A stretch of 64,000 nucleotides of DNA from an uncultured virus (IMG/VR IMGVR_UViG_3300030330_001255). Taxonomy: Duplodnaviria; Heunggongvirae; Uroviricota; Caudoviricetes. Both the position numbers and the translations under genes were made by a program. Positions 30,756-40,445 of this stretch are shown here, piece after piece. The notes beneath the pieces were generated by a model, which worked only from the letters and a program-made list of their open reading frames with translations, was not told the origin of the DNA and did not search any database. The stretch's first letter is position 1. Each line of letters opens with the position of its first letter. The DNA lies in the IMG/VR virus record IMGVR_UViG_3300030330_001255; one strand, given 5' to 3'.

Positions 30756-32276
30756 ATGGTAGAGAAGTTTATAGAGATATTTCAAGGTCTACGTCTAGGT
30801 TATGGTTTAACAAAACGAGGTAATGTATCAGAGCAAGGTAAAGTCGAGTCAAGTCATCGTTGGGTTGAAAAAGAATTAACCAAAGAGATCGTACAAGGTC
30901 ATTTAGATGGGACAGGTGACAATTTAGGTATCGTACCAATTAACGAAAATAATAAATGTAAATGGGGTGCGATTGATATAGACGAATATACTTTTAATCA
31001 TAAAGAATTTACGCAGACGATGAGAGAATCAAAGATACCTCTTATTGTTTGTAGATCAACAAGTGGTGGTGCACACCTATATTTATTTACAAAAGATTTT
31101 GTAGAGGCAAAAGACATGAGACAGACTCTATTGAGTCTTACAGCATCTCTTGGACTCGTAACTAGAAAAGATAAAATATTTCCGCAACAAACTAAAATAA
31201 ACGTAGAGACAAACGATAGAGGTAACTTCTGTAGTTTGCCATATTATAAACATAAAACAGGCACAAAATACGCCATAAATGACGATGGTTCTGCTGCTAG
31301 TCTAGAATCATTTTATTCTATGTATGATAGATATTCTGTAGATCCATCGAAATTATCTGAAATAAAAGTTGAATTAAATGAGAAAGCTAAAGCAGTATCA
31401 AATGGCCCACCTTGTTTAGAGGTTCTTTGCTCACAAGGATTTCCTAAAGGCACAAGAAATAATGGATTATATAATATTGGAGTTTACTTAAAAAAATCTT
31501 TACCCGATGAGTGGGAAACTTTAATAGAAGATTACAATAGAAAATATTTAAATCCACCACTTAGTAATGCAGAGGTAGAAAATGTAAAAAAATCTTTGCG
31601 TAAAAAAGATTACAATTATAGTTGTAATGAGCAACCAATAAATTCTTTTTGTAATAGAGAACTATGTAGAACTAGGAAGCATGGTATAGGTCTTGCCAAT
31701 ACAGCTTTACCCGAAATTAGTAACTTAACTAAAATAAATCATAAACCGCAACCACAATGGTTTGTTAATGTAGACGGAGAAAGATTAGAATTAGAAACAG
31801 ACGATTTACAAATACAAGCTAGATTTAAAAAAGCATGTATGGAACAACTAAACACAATCATACCAAGAGTTGCAGATAGACAATGGGATACCTTACTTAG
31901 AGTTTTATTTTCAGCAATACAGATTATTGAACCACCAGAAAGTTTATTAATTAAAAATCAATTAGAAGATTTGATAGAGGACTTTGCAGTAAGACGAGCA
32001 CAGGGTAGACAGAAGAGTGATATACTTAGAGGTGTTCCTTACACAGCAGATGGAGAGACAATGTTTAGATGGAAAGATCTAAAAAAATTTTTAGAAAGAC
32101 AGAAATGGTCATTTGATATTAGAAAAACTGGTGCCATGATAGAGGATATATTTAACACAACAGAAAAAACATTAAACATAGATGGTAAGAGAGTAAGGGT
32201 TTGGGTTATGAAAGCTATGGAAAAACAAAATACATCTTTTGAAAAACCAAAATATAAAGAGGAGGATGCGTTTTGA
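30756..32276 (+). CDS. Primase (AEP/PrimPol-like with PriCT domain)
   Basis: WGAIDID, RSTSGGAHLY and GTRNNGL motifs; Cys cluster. Confidence 0.8.
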   Translation: MVEKFIEIFQGLRLGYGLTKRGNVSEQGKVESSHRWVEKELTKEIVQGHLDGTGDNLGIVPINENNKCKWGAIDIDEYTFNHKEFTQTMRESKIPLIVCRSTSGGAHLYLFTKDFVEAKDMRQTLLSLTASLGLVTRKDKIFPQQTKINVETNDRGNFCSLPYYKHKTGTKYAINDDGSAASLESFYSMYDRYSVDPSKLSEIKVELNEKAKAVSNGPPCLEVLCSQGFPKGTRNNGLYNIGVYLKKSLPDEWETLIEDYNRKYLNPPLSNAEVENVKKSLRKKDYNYSCNEQPINSFCNRELCRTRKHGIGLANTALPEISNLTKINHKPQPQWFVNVDGERLELETDDLQIQARFKKACMEQLNTIIPRVADRQWDTLLRVLFSAIQIIEPPESLLIKNQLEDLIEDFAVRRAQGRQKSDILRGVPYTADGETMFRWKDLKKFLERQKWSFDIRKTGAMIEDIFNTTEKTLNIDGKRVRVWVMKAMEKQNTSFEKPKYKEEDAF

Positions 32277-33775
32277 TTACAATCATACTTGGCCCACCTG
32301 GAACTGGTAAGACAGAAAAACTTTTATCTTTGGTTGAAGAATACTTATCAAAAAAAATACATCCAAGTCGTATAGGTTACTTTGCATTTACAAAGAAAGC
32401 TGCCAATGAAGCCCTATCAAGAGCCATGCATAAATTTAATTTATCAGAGGATGATCTGCCATACTTTAGAACACTACACTCACTTGCATTTAGAAGACTA
32501 TCTATAAATAAAAATCAAGTTATGAAAAAATTTCACTATCAAGACCTTGGAAAAAAGCTAGGTTTTTCAGTGGCTTACGCATCATATCAAGATGACTTTG
32601 GTGGGTACTTCTCATCTGATAGTGATTATCTAAATCTAATATCTCTTGCTAGAGTCAGAGGTATACCTGTAGAGGAGCAGTTTGATTTAAATGAACATGA
32701 GGCAGATATAGAGAGAGATAAACTTATAATCATAGCCAATGAACTTGAGAGATATAAAAAAGAAATAGGTTTGATTGATTACACAGACATGATTTTAAAA
32801 TTTACACAAAAAGATGTAGCACCAAAACTAGATGTAATGTTTATTGATGAGGCACAGGATCTTAGTTTACTACAATGGAAAATGGTAAAACAAATGTGGC
32901 AAAAATGTGACCAAGTATTTGTTGCGGGTGATGATGATCAAGCAATATTTAGATGGGCGGGAGCAGATGTTGATTCGTTTATAGCTTTAGAAGGTAAGAC
33001 AATAGTATTAGATCAATCTTATCGTGTGCCATCAGGAGACATACATAACCTGTCAATCAACCTAGCAAACAGAATATCAAATAGAAGAGATAAGATATGG
33101 CGACCTAAAACATCAGAGGGTGTTTTAAGATACCACGGAGATATACATCAAGTTGACATGTCATCTGGCGAGTGGTTGGTGCTAGCTAGAACCAAATATC
33201 TATTAGAAGATACCAAAGATTTTTGCGAGGAGCGTGGTTGGTACTATAATTTTAAAAATGAAAAGTCAATAAACGAAGATACCTTCAAAGCTATCACAGA
33301 TTGGGAACATTGGCGTAAGGGTCAAGAATTAAATTATGATGCTGTAAAAAATATTTATGGACACATGAGTTCTAAAAAAGTTAATCAAGCACATAAGTTA
33401 GGTAAAACATTATTAAAAGATCAAACTTACATCATGGAAGATTGTATGAAAGATTATGGATTAAACACAAATGATGTTTGGTACGAATCACTAGATGAGA
33501 TTGATTTTCGTACAAAAGAGTATATAAGAGCAATGAGAAGAAATGGAGAATTATTGAAACAAGAACCTAGAATAAAATTATCAACCATACATGGTATGAA
33601 GGGAGGTGAATGTGATAATGTTGTATTGTTGAGTGATCTTACAGAAAATACGATGCGTAACTTTGAGAAAACTCCAGACGATGAAAACAGATTATTTTAC
33701 GTTGGAGCAACAAGAACTAAAAAACAATTACATATCGTGGAACCTAAATCATTTGACATGAGTTATCCGCTATGA
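32273..33775 (+). CDS. UvrD/Rep-like SF1 helicase
   Basis: GPPGTGKT, IDEAQD, GDDDQAI, STIHGMKGGE and YVGATR motifs. Confidence 0.92.
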   Translation: MITIILGPPGTGKTEKLLSLVEEYLSKKIHPSRIGYFAFTKKAANEALSRAMHKFNLSEDDLPYFRTLHSLAFRRLSINKNQVMKKFHYQDLGKKLGFSVAYASYQDDFGGYFSSDSDYLNLISLARVRGIPVEEQFDLNEHEADIERDKLIIIANELERYKKEIGLIDYTDMILKFTQKDVAPKLDVMFIDEAQDLSLLQWKMVKQMWQKCDQVFVAGDDDQAIFRWAGADVDSFIALEGKTIVLDQSYRVPSGDIHNLSINLANRISNRRDKIWRPKTSEGVLRYHGDIHQVDMSSGEWLVLARTKYLLEDTKDFCEERGWYYNFKNEKSINEDTFKAITDWEHWRKGQELNYDAVKNIYGHMSSKKVNQAHKLGKTLLKDQTYIMEDCMKDYGLNTNDVWYESLDEIDFRTKEYIRAMRRNGELLKQEPRIKLSTIHGMKGGECDNVVLLSDLTENTMRNFEKTPDDENRLFYVGATRTKKQLHIVEPKSFDMSYPL

Positions 33776-34011
33776 CAGATAAAGATATGTTTAAATCAAC
33801 CACATATGATTCATTAGATAAGCAGGTCGATGGAAATCATTATAAATCTATGAAGATACAACCCGCAGAGTTTATAAATGAAAATAAACTTTTGTTCGCG
33901 GAAGGGAACGCTATAAAATATATTTGCAGACATCGGTCTAAGGGAAAAGAAAAAGATATTAAAAAAGCTATTCACTATCTTGAGATGATTTTAGAGAGAG
34001 ATTACTCATGA
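33772..34011 (+). CDS. DUF3310-like protein
   Basis: QVDGNHY...GNAIKYICR...DIKKAIHYL. Confidence 0.8.
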   Translation: MTDKDMFKSTTYDSLDKQVDGNHYKSMKIQPAEFINENKLLFAEGNAIKYICRHRSKGKEKDIKKAIHYLEMILERDYS

Positions 34012-34172
34012 AATGTTTCTATTGTGGTAATGAAGTAAGATGGAATAATGATTTTGATGCAGAAGATATTAGTCCTGACTCTGAATATTTAATTATAAGT
34101 ATGTATAGCTGTGATAAATGTGATGCTTGGTATGAAGTATCTCATTCAAAAAAGGATAAAAAGAAAAAATGA
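34008..34172 (+). CDS. Small Zn-ribbon protein (not in ORF track)
   Basis: CFYC...CDKC; ATGA overlaps on both sides. Confidence 0.65.
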   Translation: MKCFYCGNEVRWNNDFDAEDISPDSEYLIISMYSCDKCDAWYEVSHSKKDKKKK

Positions 34173-36037
34173 GAGGATTACAACAACCATTGTTCTCACC
34201 ACAGACTGAGTGGGTACCACCATCAGAGTTTAGAGATTTAAGTAACTATGATGAGATAGCCATTGACCTAGAGACCTGCGATCCAAACATCAAGACGCGT
34301 GGTTCGGGGTCAGTGGTTGGTGATGGTAAGGTTGTAGGTGTAGCAGTGGCAACGATTGATTGGAGCGCATACTTTCCTTTTGATCACTTAGGTGGCGGTA
34401 ACTTAGATAAGAACAGAGTTATATCCTGGTTTAAAGATGTATTAAAAACACCTGCTACTAAAATATTTCATAATGCAATGTATGATGTGTGTTGGATAAG
34501 AGCCATGGGCCTACAGATAAATGGTGAGATTGTAGACACAATGATAGCTGCTAGTCTGATTGATGAGAATAGATATACATATAATCTAAATGCAATCTCA
34601 TATGAATTTTTAAAAGAAAGAAAAAGTGAAACAGAATTAAACAATGCTGCAAAGGAGTGGAGTCTAGATCCAAAGGCAGAGATGTGGAAACTACCTGCAA
34701 TGTATGTTGGTAAGTATGCAGAGAAAGATGCAGAGTTAACATTTAAACTTTGGAATAGATTCAAACATGAGATCAGAGAACAGGATCTACAAAATGTATT
34801 TGATTTAGAGAAAGAGATATTCCCTTGTCTTGTTGATATGAAGTTTAAGGGAGTTCGCGTAGACGTTGAAAAAGCGAATCAAACCAAGAATGAACTAGCA
34901 ACGAAAGAAAAACAGATATTACAAAACCTAAAAAAAGAAACAGGTATTGATGTAGAGATATGGGCGGCAGCCTCTATTGCAAAATTATTTGATAAATTAA
35001 AATTGCCGTATGATAGAACTGAAAAATCTAAAGCACCATCTTTTACTAAAAATTTTTTACAGAATCATTCTAATCCTCTAGTCAAACAGATAGCACAGGC
35101 TAGAGAGATAAACAAAGCACATACAACTTTCATAGATACTATTTTGAAACATGAACATAAGGGTAGAATACATGCTGATATTAATCAGCTTAGATCAGAT
35201 CAAGGAGGGACGGTTACAGGTAGATTCAGTTATTCTAATCCTAATCTACAACAGATACCTGCTAGAAACAAAGATCTAGGGCCATTGATTCGATCATTAT
35301 TTATACCTGAGAAGGGTCATAAATGGGGTTGTTTTGACTACTCGCAACAAGAGCCGAGGTTGGTGGTTCACTACGCATCACTACAAAAATTGTTAGGAGT
35401 TGAGGATGTATTGGAGGCATATAATAAGGGTGATGCAGACTTTCATACTATCGTTGCTGAGATGGCAGAGATACCTAGAACACAGGCTAAGACTATAAAT
35501 CTTGGTCTATTTTATGGTATGGGTAAAAACAAACTTCAAGCAGAATTAGGTGTGAGTAAATCTAGAGCAGAGGAATTGTTTCAACAATATCATAACAAAG
35601 TTCCTTTTGTTAAAGAACTAATGGATGCTGTATCCAGAAGAGCGCAAGAATCTGGTAAGATTAGAACCTTACTTGGCAGAAGATGTAGGTTTCATTTATG
35701 GGAACCAAATCATTTTGGTTTACATAAACCCCTACCGCACGATGAGGCACAAAGAGAATATGGCCCAGGAATTAAAAGAGCAATGACATATAAGGCATTA
35801 AATAGATTAATACAGGGTTCCGCTGCTGACATGACTAAAAAATCTATGATTGATTTATATAAGGAGGGAATCATACCACATATACAGATACATGATGAAT
35901 TAGATGTCTCAGTAGAATCAGAAGAACAGGCAAAAAAGATAATTGAAATTATGGAGAATGCTGTTAATCTTGAAGTTCCCAATAAAGTCGACTATGAATA
36001 TGGAAAGACTTGGGGAGATATTTATGATAAAGGATAA
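34169..36037 (+). CDS. polA: DNA polymerase family A with 3'-5' exonuclease
   Basis: DLET exonuclease motif, TGRFS, DYSQQEPR, KTINLGLFYG, IHDE. Confidence 0.95.
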   Translation: MRGLQQPLFSPQTEWVPPSEFRDLSNYDEIAIDLETCDPNIKTRGSGSVVGDGKVVGVAVATIDWSAYFPFDHLGGGNLDKNRVISWFKDVLKTPATKIFHNAMYDVCWIRAMGLQINGEIVDTMIAASLIDENRYTYNLNAISYEFLKERKSETELNNAAKEWSLDPKAEMWKLPAMYVGKYAEKDAELTFKLWNRFKHEIREQDLQNVFDLEKEIFPCLVDMKFKGVRVDVEKANQTKNELATKEKQILQNLKKETGIDVEIWAAASIAKLFDKLKLPYDRTEKSKAPSFTKNFLQNHSNPLVKQIAQAREINKAHTTFIDTILKHEHKGRIHADINQLRSDQGGTVTGRFSYSNPNLQQIPARNKDLGPLIRSLFIPEKGHKWGCFDYSQQEPRLVVHYASLQKLLGVEDVLEAYNKGDADFHTIVAEMAEIPRTQAKTINLGLFYGMGKNKLQAELGVSKSRAEELFQQYHNKVPFVKELMDAVSRRAQESGKIRTLLGRRCRFHLWEPNHFGLHKPLPHDEAQREYGPGIKRAMTYKALNRLIQGSAADMTKKSMIDLYKEGIIPHIQIHDELDVSVESEEQAKKIIEIMENAVNLEVPNKVDYEYGKTWGDIYDKG

Positions 36038-36039
36038 TT

Positions 36040-36687
36040 ATGGCTTATCTAAATGCAAACATACCACCAGTATATGCTCAAATAAAAAGAGAGTATCTCT
36101 ATGATTTACAAAAACATCATGGCGAAGTTGAGGATTGTATTATCTTTGGTTTATCAGCGATTACTGGACGTAGTATATTATGGCACTGTATTATGGAAAA
36201 CGGTGCAATATTTTATCGCCTACCAATTAGCGCGTTTATTCAAAAGGGATTTAAGCCATCCAGAGTGCCCACAAGACGACTTGATGAATTACAGCTTTGG
36301 AATTGTTTTTCTTATTATCCTTCTGTCCATTCTTTTGATATCTTAGCAGGACAAGCAGGTAAGTATATAGGTAAAGATAAGAAATGGCACCCAGGTAAAT
36401 ACTTATTTACAGTTGACTTTGCACACCCTGAAAGTAATATATTAGATACAGATCATTCTGAGATACCGCACGAACATAAGTGCGCACACATAATTGCCTT
36501 AGATGATGGCAATTTTGCAGCACAACCAAACAATAGATGTATATGGGATATACCTTCTTTCACTGTAAAAGATAATATTCCTGATTGGAAAGTGCAAACT
36601 AATGAATGGAATGTGGAAGATAGTAGGGCTTGGCGTACAGAAGATACGGACAAGTTCTTCTATGAAATAGAGGAGAAGAAAAAATGA
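36040..36687 (+). CDS. Conserved hypothetical protein
   Basis: 215 aa; LWNCFS, EHKCAH and QPNNR motifs. Confidence 0.75.
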   Translation: MAYLNANIPPVYAQIKREYLYDLQKHHGEVEDCIIFGLSAITGRSILWHCIMENGAIFYRLPISAFIQKGFKPSRVPTRRLDELQLWNCFSYYPSVHSFDILAGQAGKYIGKDKKWHPGKYLFTVDFAHPESNILDTDHSEIPHEHKCAHIIALDDGNFAAQPNNRCIWDIPSFTVKDNIPDWKVQTNEWNVEDSRAWRTEDTDKFFYEIEEKKK

Positions 36688-36779
36688 TGGAAAAATGTAA
36701 AAGAATTTGTTGCAGGATTTGGGAAATAATCTGTTGGCCTTTTAAAAAAGTCAAGGATTGGCTTTGGTCAAGATAGTTT

Positions 36780-37217
36780 ATGAGTAAAAAACCCTTAACC
36801 ATATCGGAGTCGGCAGCCGTGCAGATGCCTATGAAGACGGTTGCCTCTCTGATAATTATTNNNNNNNNNNTTGTGGCACTCGGCACCATGGGATATTTTC
36901 AGATCGTAGAACGTCTAAACATTGCAGACACTAGACTTCAGTTAATGGAAAAAGATCTAGAAGAGAATACAGAGTTTAGAATAAAATGGCCACGGGGTCA
37001 GATGGGATCGCTTCCCGCAGATTCTGAACAATTTATGATGATCGAGGATTTATATAAGACCACTGATAAATTAAATAAACATATAGAGTCAATGGCTTTA
37101 AATAAAGTGAACATCGAGTTTCTAACAAAACAGATGGACAAAGTTTTGAATGATATCGAAAAATTAAAAGACGCAAACAGAGATATTAAATACAATGGCA
37201 ACGGGACGAATAACTAA
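36780..37217 (+). CDS. Membrane-anchored coiled-coil protein (spans an N gap)
   Basis: N-terminal TM segment; WPRG motif. Confidence 0.6.
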   Translation: MSKKPLTISESAAVQMPMKTVASLIIIXXXXVALGTMGYFQIVERLNIADTRLQLMEKDLEENTEFRIKWPRGQMGSLPADSEQFMMIEDLYKTTDKLNKHIESMALNKVNIEFLTKQMDKVLNDIEKLKDANRDIKYNGNGTNN

Positions 37218-37365
37218 AAAGGTTTTAGATTACATTGCTGACATGAATAAGCAAGCAAAGCAAATGAGATTTGTCAAAGATCTAAAAAAAGAAGTAGAAA
37301 TCGGCAAACATGGTACACAAAAATATGTTGTCAAACAAGGAGAAAATAAAGGTAAGATTTTATGA
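37195..37365 (+). CDS. Small basic hypothetical protein (not in ORF track)
   Basis: MATGRITKKVLDY...; ATGA coupling to the next gene. Confidence 0.55.
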   Translation: MATGRITKKVLDYIADMNKQAKQMRFVKDLKKEVEIGKHGTQKYVVKQGENKGKIL

Positions 37366-37571
37366 TCGAGTCTGTGGTAGCCCTGCTTATGTTTATAAAC
37401 GGAGAGATCAAGGAACACCGTATTCAAGATAATATGGCTGCGTGTCTTCGAGGTAAACGTGAGGCTGAGAGAACTTATTCTGAATCCGTCACCTATAAAT
37501 GTTATAAAGGTAAAGCAAAAACAGAAATATATATGGGAGAGAAGTCAATTAAGGCTTTGATATTAGATTAA
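37362..37571 (+). CDS. Hypothetical protein
   Basis: Coupled ORF. Confidence 0.6.
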   Translation: MIESVVALLMFINGEIKEHRIQDNMAACLRGKREAERTYSESVTYKCYKGKAKTEIYMGEKSIKALILD

Positions 37572-37780
37572 TGTTTGGTAAATTAGGATTTTATATTGAT
37601 ACTGCAGCTGGCGTATGCCCACACTGTGAAGAGAGCACTTTGTTAATTGCTGTTGTTAGTGAATATTATCGTTGCACAACCTGTGGCGAGGATACTAAAC
37701 AACATATCAATGGCGAAATTAAATATTTAAAGTTAACAAAGGACGATCAGGAATGGCTAAAAAACCGAAGTTTGGAGTAA
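37571..37780 (+). CDS. Zn-ribbon protein
   Basis: CPHC...CTTC. Confidence 0.65.
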   Translation: MFGKLGFYIDTAAGVCPHCEESTLLIAVVSEYYRCTTCGEDTKQHINGEIKYLKLTKDDQEWLKNRSLE

Positions 37781-37881
37781 ATAATTATAAGGGCTCTACC
37801 AAAAGAAAAAGACCTGGTAGACACGCAAAGAAACCAAATAAAAAATTCTCAAGAAAAATATACAGAGGCCAAGGTAGGTAA
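37753..37881 (+). CDS. Small basic protein ending YRGQGR (not in ORF track)
   Basis: 42 aa, K/R-rich; coupled to the next ATG. Confidence 0.55.
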   Translation: MAKKPKFGVNNYKGSTKRKRPGRHAKKPNKKFSRKIYRGQGR

Positions 37882-38132
37882 TGAAAATATTTACCCTAGT
37901 TCTATATATGTGTTCGGCTGCAGCAAATACATGCCTTGATCCTTTCGTGTGGCACGACACTTTTAATTCATCCTATGATTGTATGCTCCAAGGATACGAG
38001 GAAGGTAGAAATAAAATAATAGAGATGGGGCCTGATGATGTCAATAAATATGACATCTATATCAAATTTGATTGTATACCTGAAAAGATTATTATACCTG
38101 AAAAGAAACCAGTAAAAGGATTAGCGACTTAA
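37881..38132 (+). CDS. Hypothetical Cys-containing, possibly exported protein
   Basis: Hydrophobic N-terminus; four Cys. Confidence 0.6.
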   Translation: MKIFTLVLYMCSAAANTCLDPFVWHDTFNSSYDCMLQGYEEGRNKIIEMGPDDVNKYDIYIKFDCIPEKIIIPEKKPVKGLAT

Positions 38133-38210
38133 ACCACCCCCGCATCTGATGAGAGAGGGAACTAAAATAAACAGCGAGGGTGGAACTAAAATATTCCTAT
38201 GAGGGAGATT
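38132..38210 (-). ncRNA. Candidate anti-SD small RNA
   Basis: Own promoter (TTGACT-17-CATTGT, minus strand, 38241-38213); G-U-compatible hairpin 38134-38183; UCUCCCUCAUA and GUUCCCUCUCUC tracts. Confidence 0.5.
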
Positions 38211-38302
38211 ACACAATGCCATAATTTAAACATAAAGTCAAAATAAAACTTGACCACATGTTATAATATGGTAATTTAAAGTAAAATTATGAGGGAGAAA
38301 GT

Positions 38303-38473
38303 ATGGCAAGAAAAAATTTTAAAAGTGTAACAATACCAAAAGTAGCGTACGAAGAGATAAAAACATTAGGAGAGAGTAAGATATTTGAGGTTCCTCTGTC
38401 TGTATCAAAGACCATAGTTTGGTTGCTTGAGAAACAGAAAGAACATCACAATAGAAAAAATAGGATGAACTGA
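38303..38473 (+). CDS. Ribbon-helix-helix-like DNA-binding protein (not in ORF track)
   Basis: KSVTIPKVAYEEIKTL...SVSKTIVWLL pattern; GAGGGAG RBS; TTGACC promoter at 38250. Confidence 0.6.
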   Translation: MARKNFKSVTIPKVAYEEIKTLGESKIFEVPLSVSKTIVWLLEKQKEHHNRKNRMN

Positions 38474-38661
38474 TGTTAAAGATAATCTGTCCAAAATGTG
38501 GCGGCAACGGATATCTTGGTGGTTCGAGAGATACAGACATACAGACAGATTGTGATTATTGTGATAGTCAAGGAGAGGTTGACATTACGGAAGAAACAGT
38601 AAATTATGGACACGATACAATTGATAAGGGAAAAAAATCGTGCCCAAAAACGTTAGATTAA
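38473..38661 (+). CDS. DnaJ-type Zn-finger small protein
   Basis: CPKCGGNG...CDYCDSQG. Confidence 0.65.
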   Translation: MLKIICPKCGGNGYLGGSRDTDIQTDCDYCDSQGEVDITEETVNYGHDTIDKGKKSCPKTLD

Positions 38662-38951
38662 AAGGTGACTATAGTGAGAATTCTGCTGTATTATATTTTC
38701 AAAAGCGTGACTATTACGTATTCAAGTGTTGTCAAAATCACGGAGCCGTGGATATTATCACTATTGATAGTGATAACAAACGTCTTGAATTGTGGGATGT
38801 TAAAACACAAAGTTATAGAAAGGATGGAACGAAAATATCCAGACTCCCCAGAAGAAAAAGAGTTGGGAATAGGATCATAAATATTATCTATTATGATATC
38901 GAAAAAGAGGTTTGTTTTATACCAATAAAAAGAAAAAGGAGAAAGAAATGA
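38640..38951 (+). CDS. PD-(D/E)XK nuclease / resolvase-like protein
   Basis: KGDYSE...VDII...DVKT. Confidence 0.6.
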   Translation: MPKNVRLKGDYSENSAVLYFQKRDYYVFKCCQNHGAVDIITIDSDNKRLELWDVKTQSYRKDGTKISRLPRRKRVGNRIINIIYYDIEKEVCFIPIKRKRRKK

Positions 38952-39088
38952 AATACATATTATCAGTAACAGTAGTATGCTCATTGCTGACAATCATGGT
39001 TGTTCTAAGTGGCTGTAGTGCTAAGTTTGATAGCTATGACCCATCGACAGCCATGTTTAGATGGATATTGACTAGCAGTAATAAATGA
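38948..39088 (+). CDS. Small putative lipoprotein (not in ORF track)
   Basis: Signal peptide with LSGC lipobox; ATGA overlaps on both sides. Confidence 0.55.
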   Translation: MKYILSVTVVCSLLTIMVVLSGCSAKFDSYDPSTAMFRWILTSSNK

Positions 39089-39480
39089 GAGACGATCTGA
39101 TGGTTCAGCAACAGGTCAAAAGTATATGGCAGCATATGGTCGGTGTCATCTGTCTGAATCAGACGGGTCGTAAAAAAGTAAAAAAGATTCTACCAAAATT
39201 TTTTGAGGAGTTTCCAACAGCGATACATCTATTACAATCAGACAAGGATACTATCGCAGATATGTTAGAAGATCTCGGTATGAAACATGTTAGAGCCAAT
39301 AGGCTATGGAGAATGTCAGAGGATTATCTCGGTTGGGATGGTGAGGATGCAACACAATTATTTGGTATCGGTAAGTATGGCAGTGACAGCTATAGGATAT
39401 TCTATAAGAATGAGATACCAAAAAACGTGCAGGATAAAGAATTAAAACGATACATAAGAGAGGAGTTAAATGAAAACTAG
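39085..39480 (+). CDS. HhH-GPD DNA glycosylase (MBD4-like)
   Basis: ICLNQT and LFGIGKYGSDSYRIF helix-hairpin-helix; D.EL. Confidence 0.8.
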   Translation: MRDDLMVQQQVKSIWQHMVGVICLNQTGRKKVKKILPKFFEEFPTAIHLLQSDKDTIADMLEDLGMKHVRANRLWRMSEDYLGWDGEDATQLFGIGKYGSDSYRIFYKNEIPKNVQDKELKRYIREELNEN

Positions 39481-40168
39481 ATGGAATGAAAAATACAGAT
39501 ACCCAAGAAGTACACGATCTTTAGTCATGGGTCAAAGACACTACGATATAAACGATAGTAAGCTACCATCTGTAACCACTATTATAGCACAGACTCAATC
39601 AGAAGAAAAGAAAGCAAGTCTGGCAAGATGGCGGCAGAATGTTGGCGAAAAAGAGGCAGACTCTATAATGAACGATGCCTCCAAACGTGGGACTGCTATG
39701 CACAACTACCTAGAACACTATCTTATTAGCCTTAAAACAGGCCTTAAACACGAAAATCTGACCGATGTAGGGGTACAGGCCAAGAAAATGGCCTTGGAGA
39801 TTATAAAGCATGGATTTGAGGATCTACATGAGGTATGGGGCTGTGAGGCAACGCTATATTATCCCGAAAAATATGCAGGAACCACGGATGTCTGCGGTAG
39901 ATACATGGGTGAGGATAGTATAATAGACTTCAAACAGACCAACAAACCCAAGAGAGAGGAGTGGATAGACGATTACTTTGTGCAACTTGCAGCATATGCC
40001 CTAGCACATAACAAGATCTATGATACAAAGATCAACCAAGGAGTGATACTAATGTGTTCAAAAGATGGCATGTATCAACGTTTCACGATCAGCGGACAGA
40101 GGTTTATGGACTTTAAAGACAGATGGCAACGGAGATTGGAGCAGTATCATGGCGAAAAGAAGGAGTGA
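39470..40168 (+). CDS. PD-(D/E)XK exonuclease
   Basis: LPSVTTI, RGTAMH, YAGTTD, IIDFK and QLAAY motifs. Confidence 0.85.
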   Translation: MKTRWNEKYRYPRSTRSLVMGQRHYDINDSKLPSVTTIIAQTQSEEKKASLARWRQNVGEKEADSIMNDASKRGTAMHNYLEHYLISLKTGLKHENLTDVGVQAKKMALEIIKHGFEDLHEVWGCEATLYYPEKYAGTTDVCGRYMGEDSIIDFKQTNKPKREEWIDDYFVQLAAYALAHNKIYDTKINQGVILMCSKDGMYQRFTISGQRFMDFKDRWQRRLEQYHGEKKE

Positions 40169-40183
40169 TAGTGGTTCGGGGAC

Positions 40184-40416
40184 ATATAGTGGGAAATCCT
40201 GAGTGATATTTTTTTTGAAAAAAAATTTGAAATATTTTGTGTTACCTTTGTTACCATGGCACAAAAAATGTAATAAAATCAATAGTTTAAGTACAAAAAT
40301 ATGGTATTTTTTTGGTAGATTCATGGTAGATTTGGTAACAAAAAAGGACAAAGTCCGTCACGCGCGTGAGGTTTTTTTTATATAAAATTTGGGTTAGTCA
40401 AATATTCCCACTATAT
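40184..40416. other. Putative replication origin
   Basis: AT-rich segment bounded by the inverted repeat TATAGTGGGAA/TTCCCACTATA, with TGTTACC x2 facing TGGTA x4. Confidence 0.4.
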
Positions 40417-40445
40417 AGATCGAGCATTGTGTGCTAGTTTAGGGT

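Noticed and set aside
38146..38170. Hammerhead ribozyme core CTGATGAG
   Set aside because: No stem II followed by GAAA; the structure favours the opposite strand
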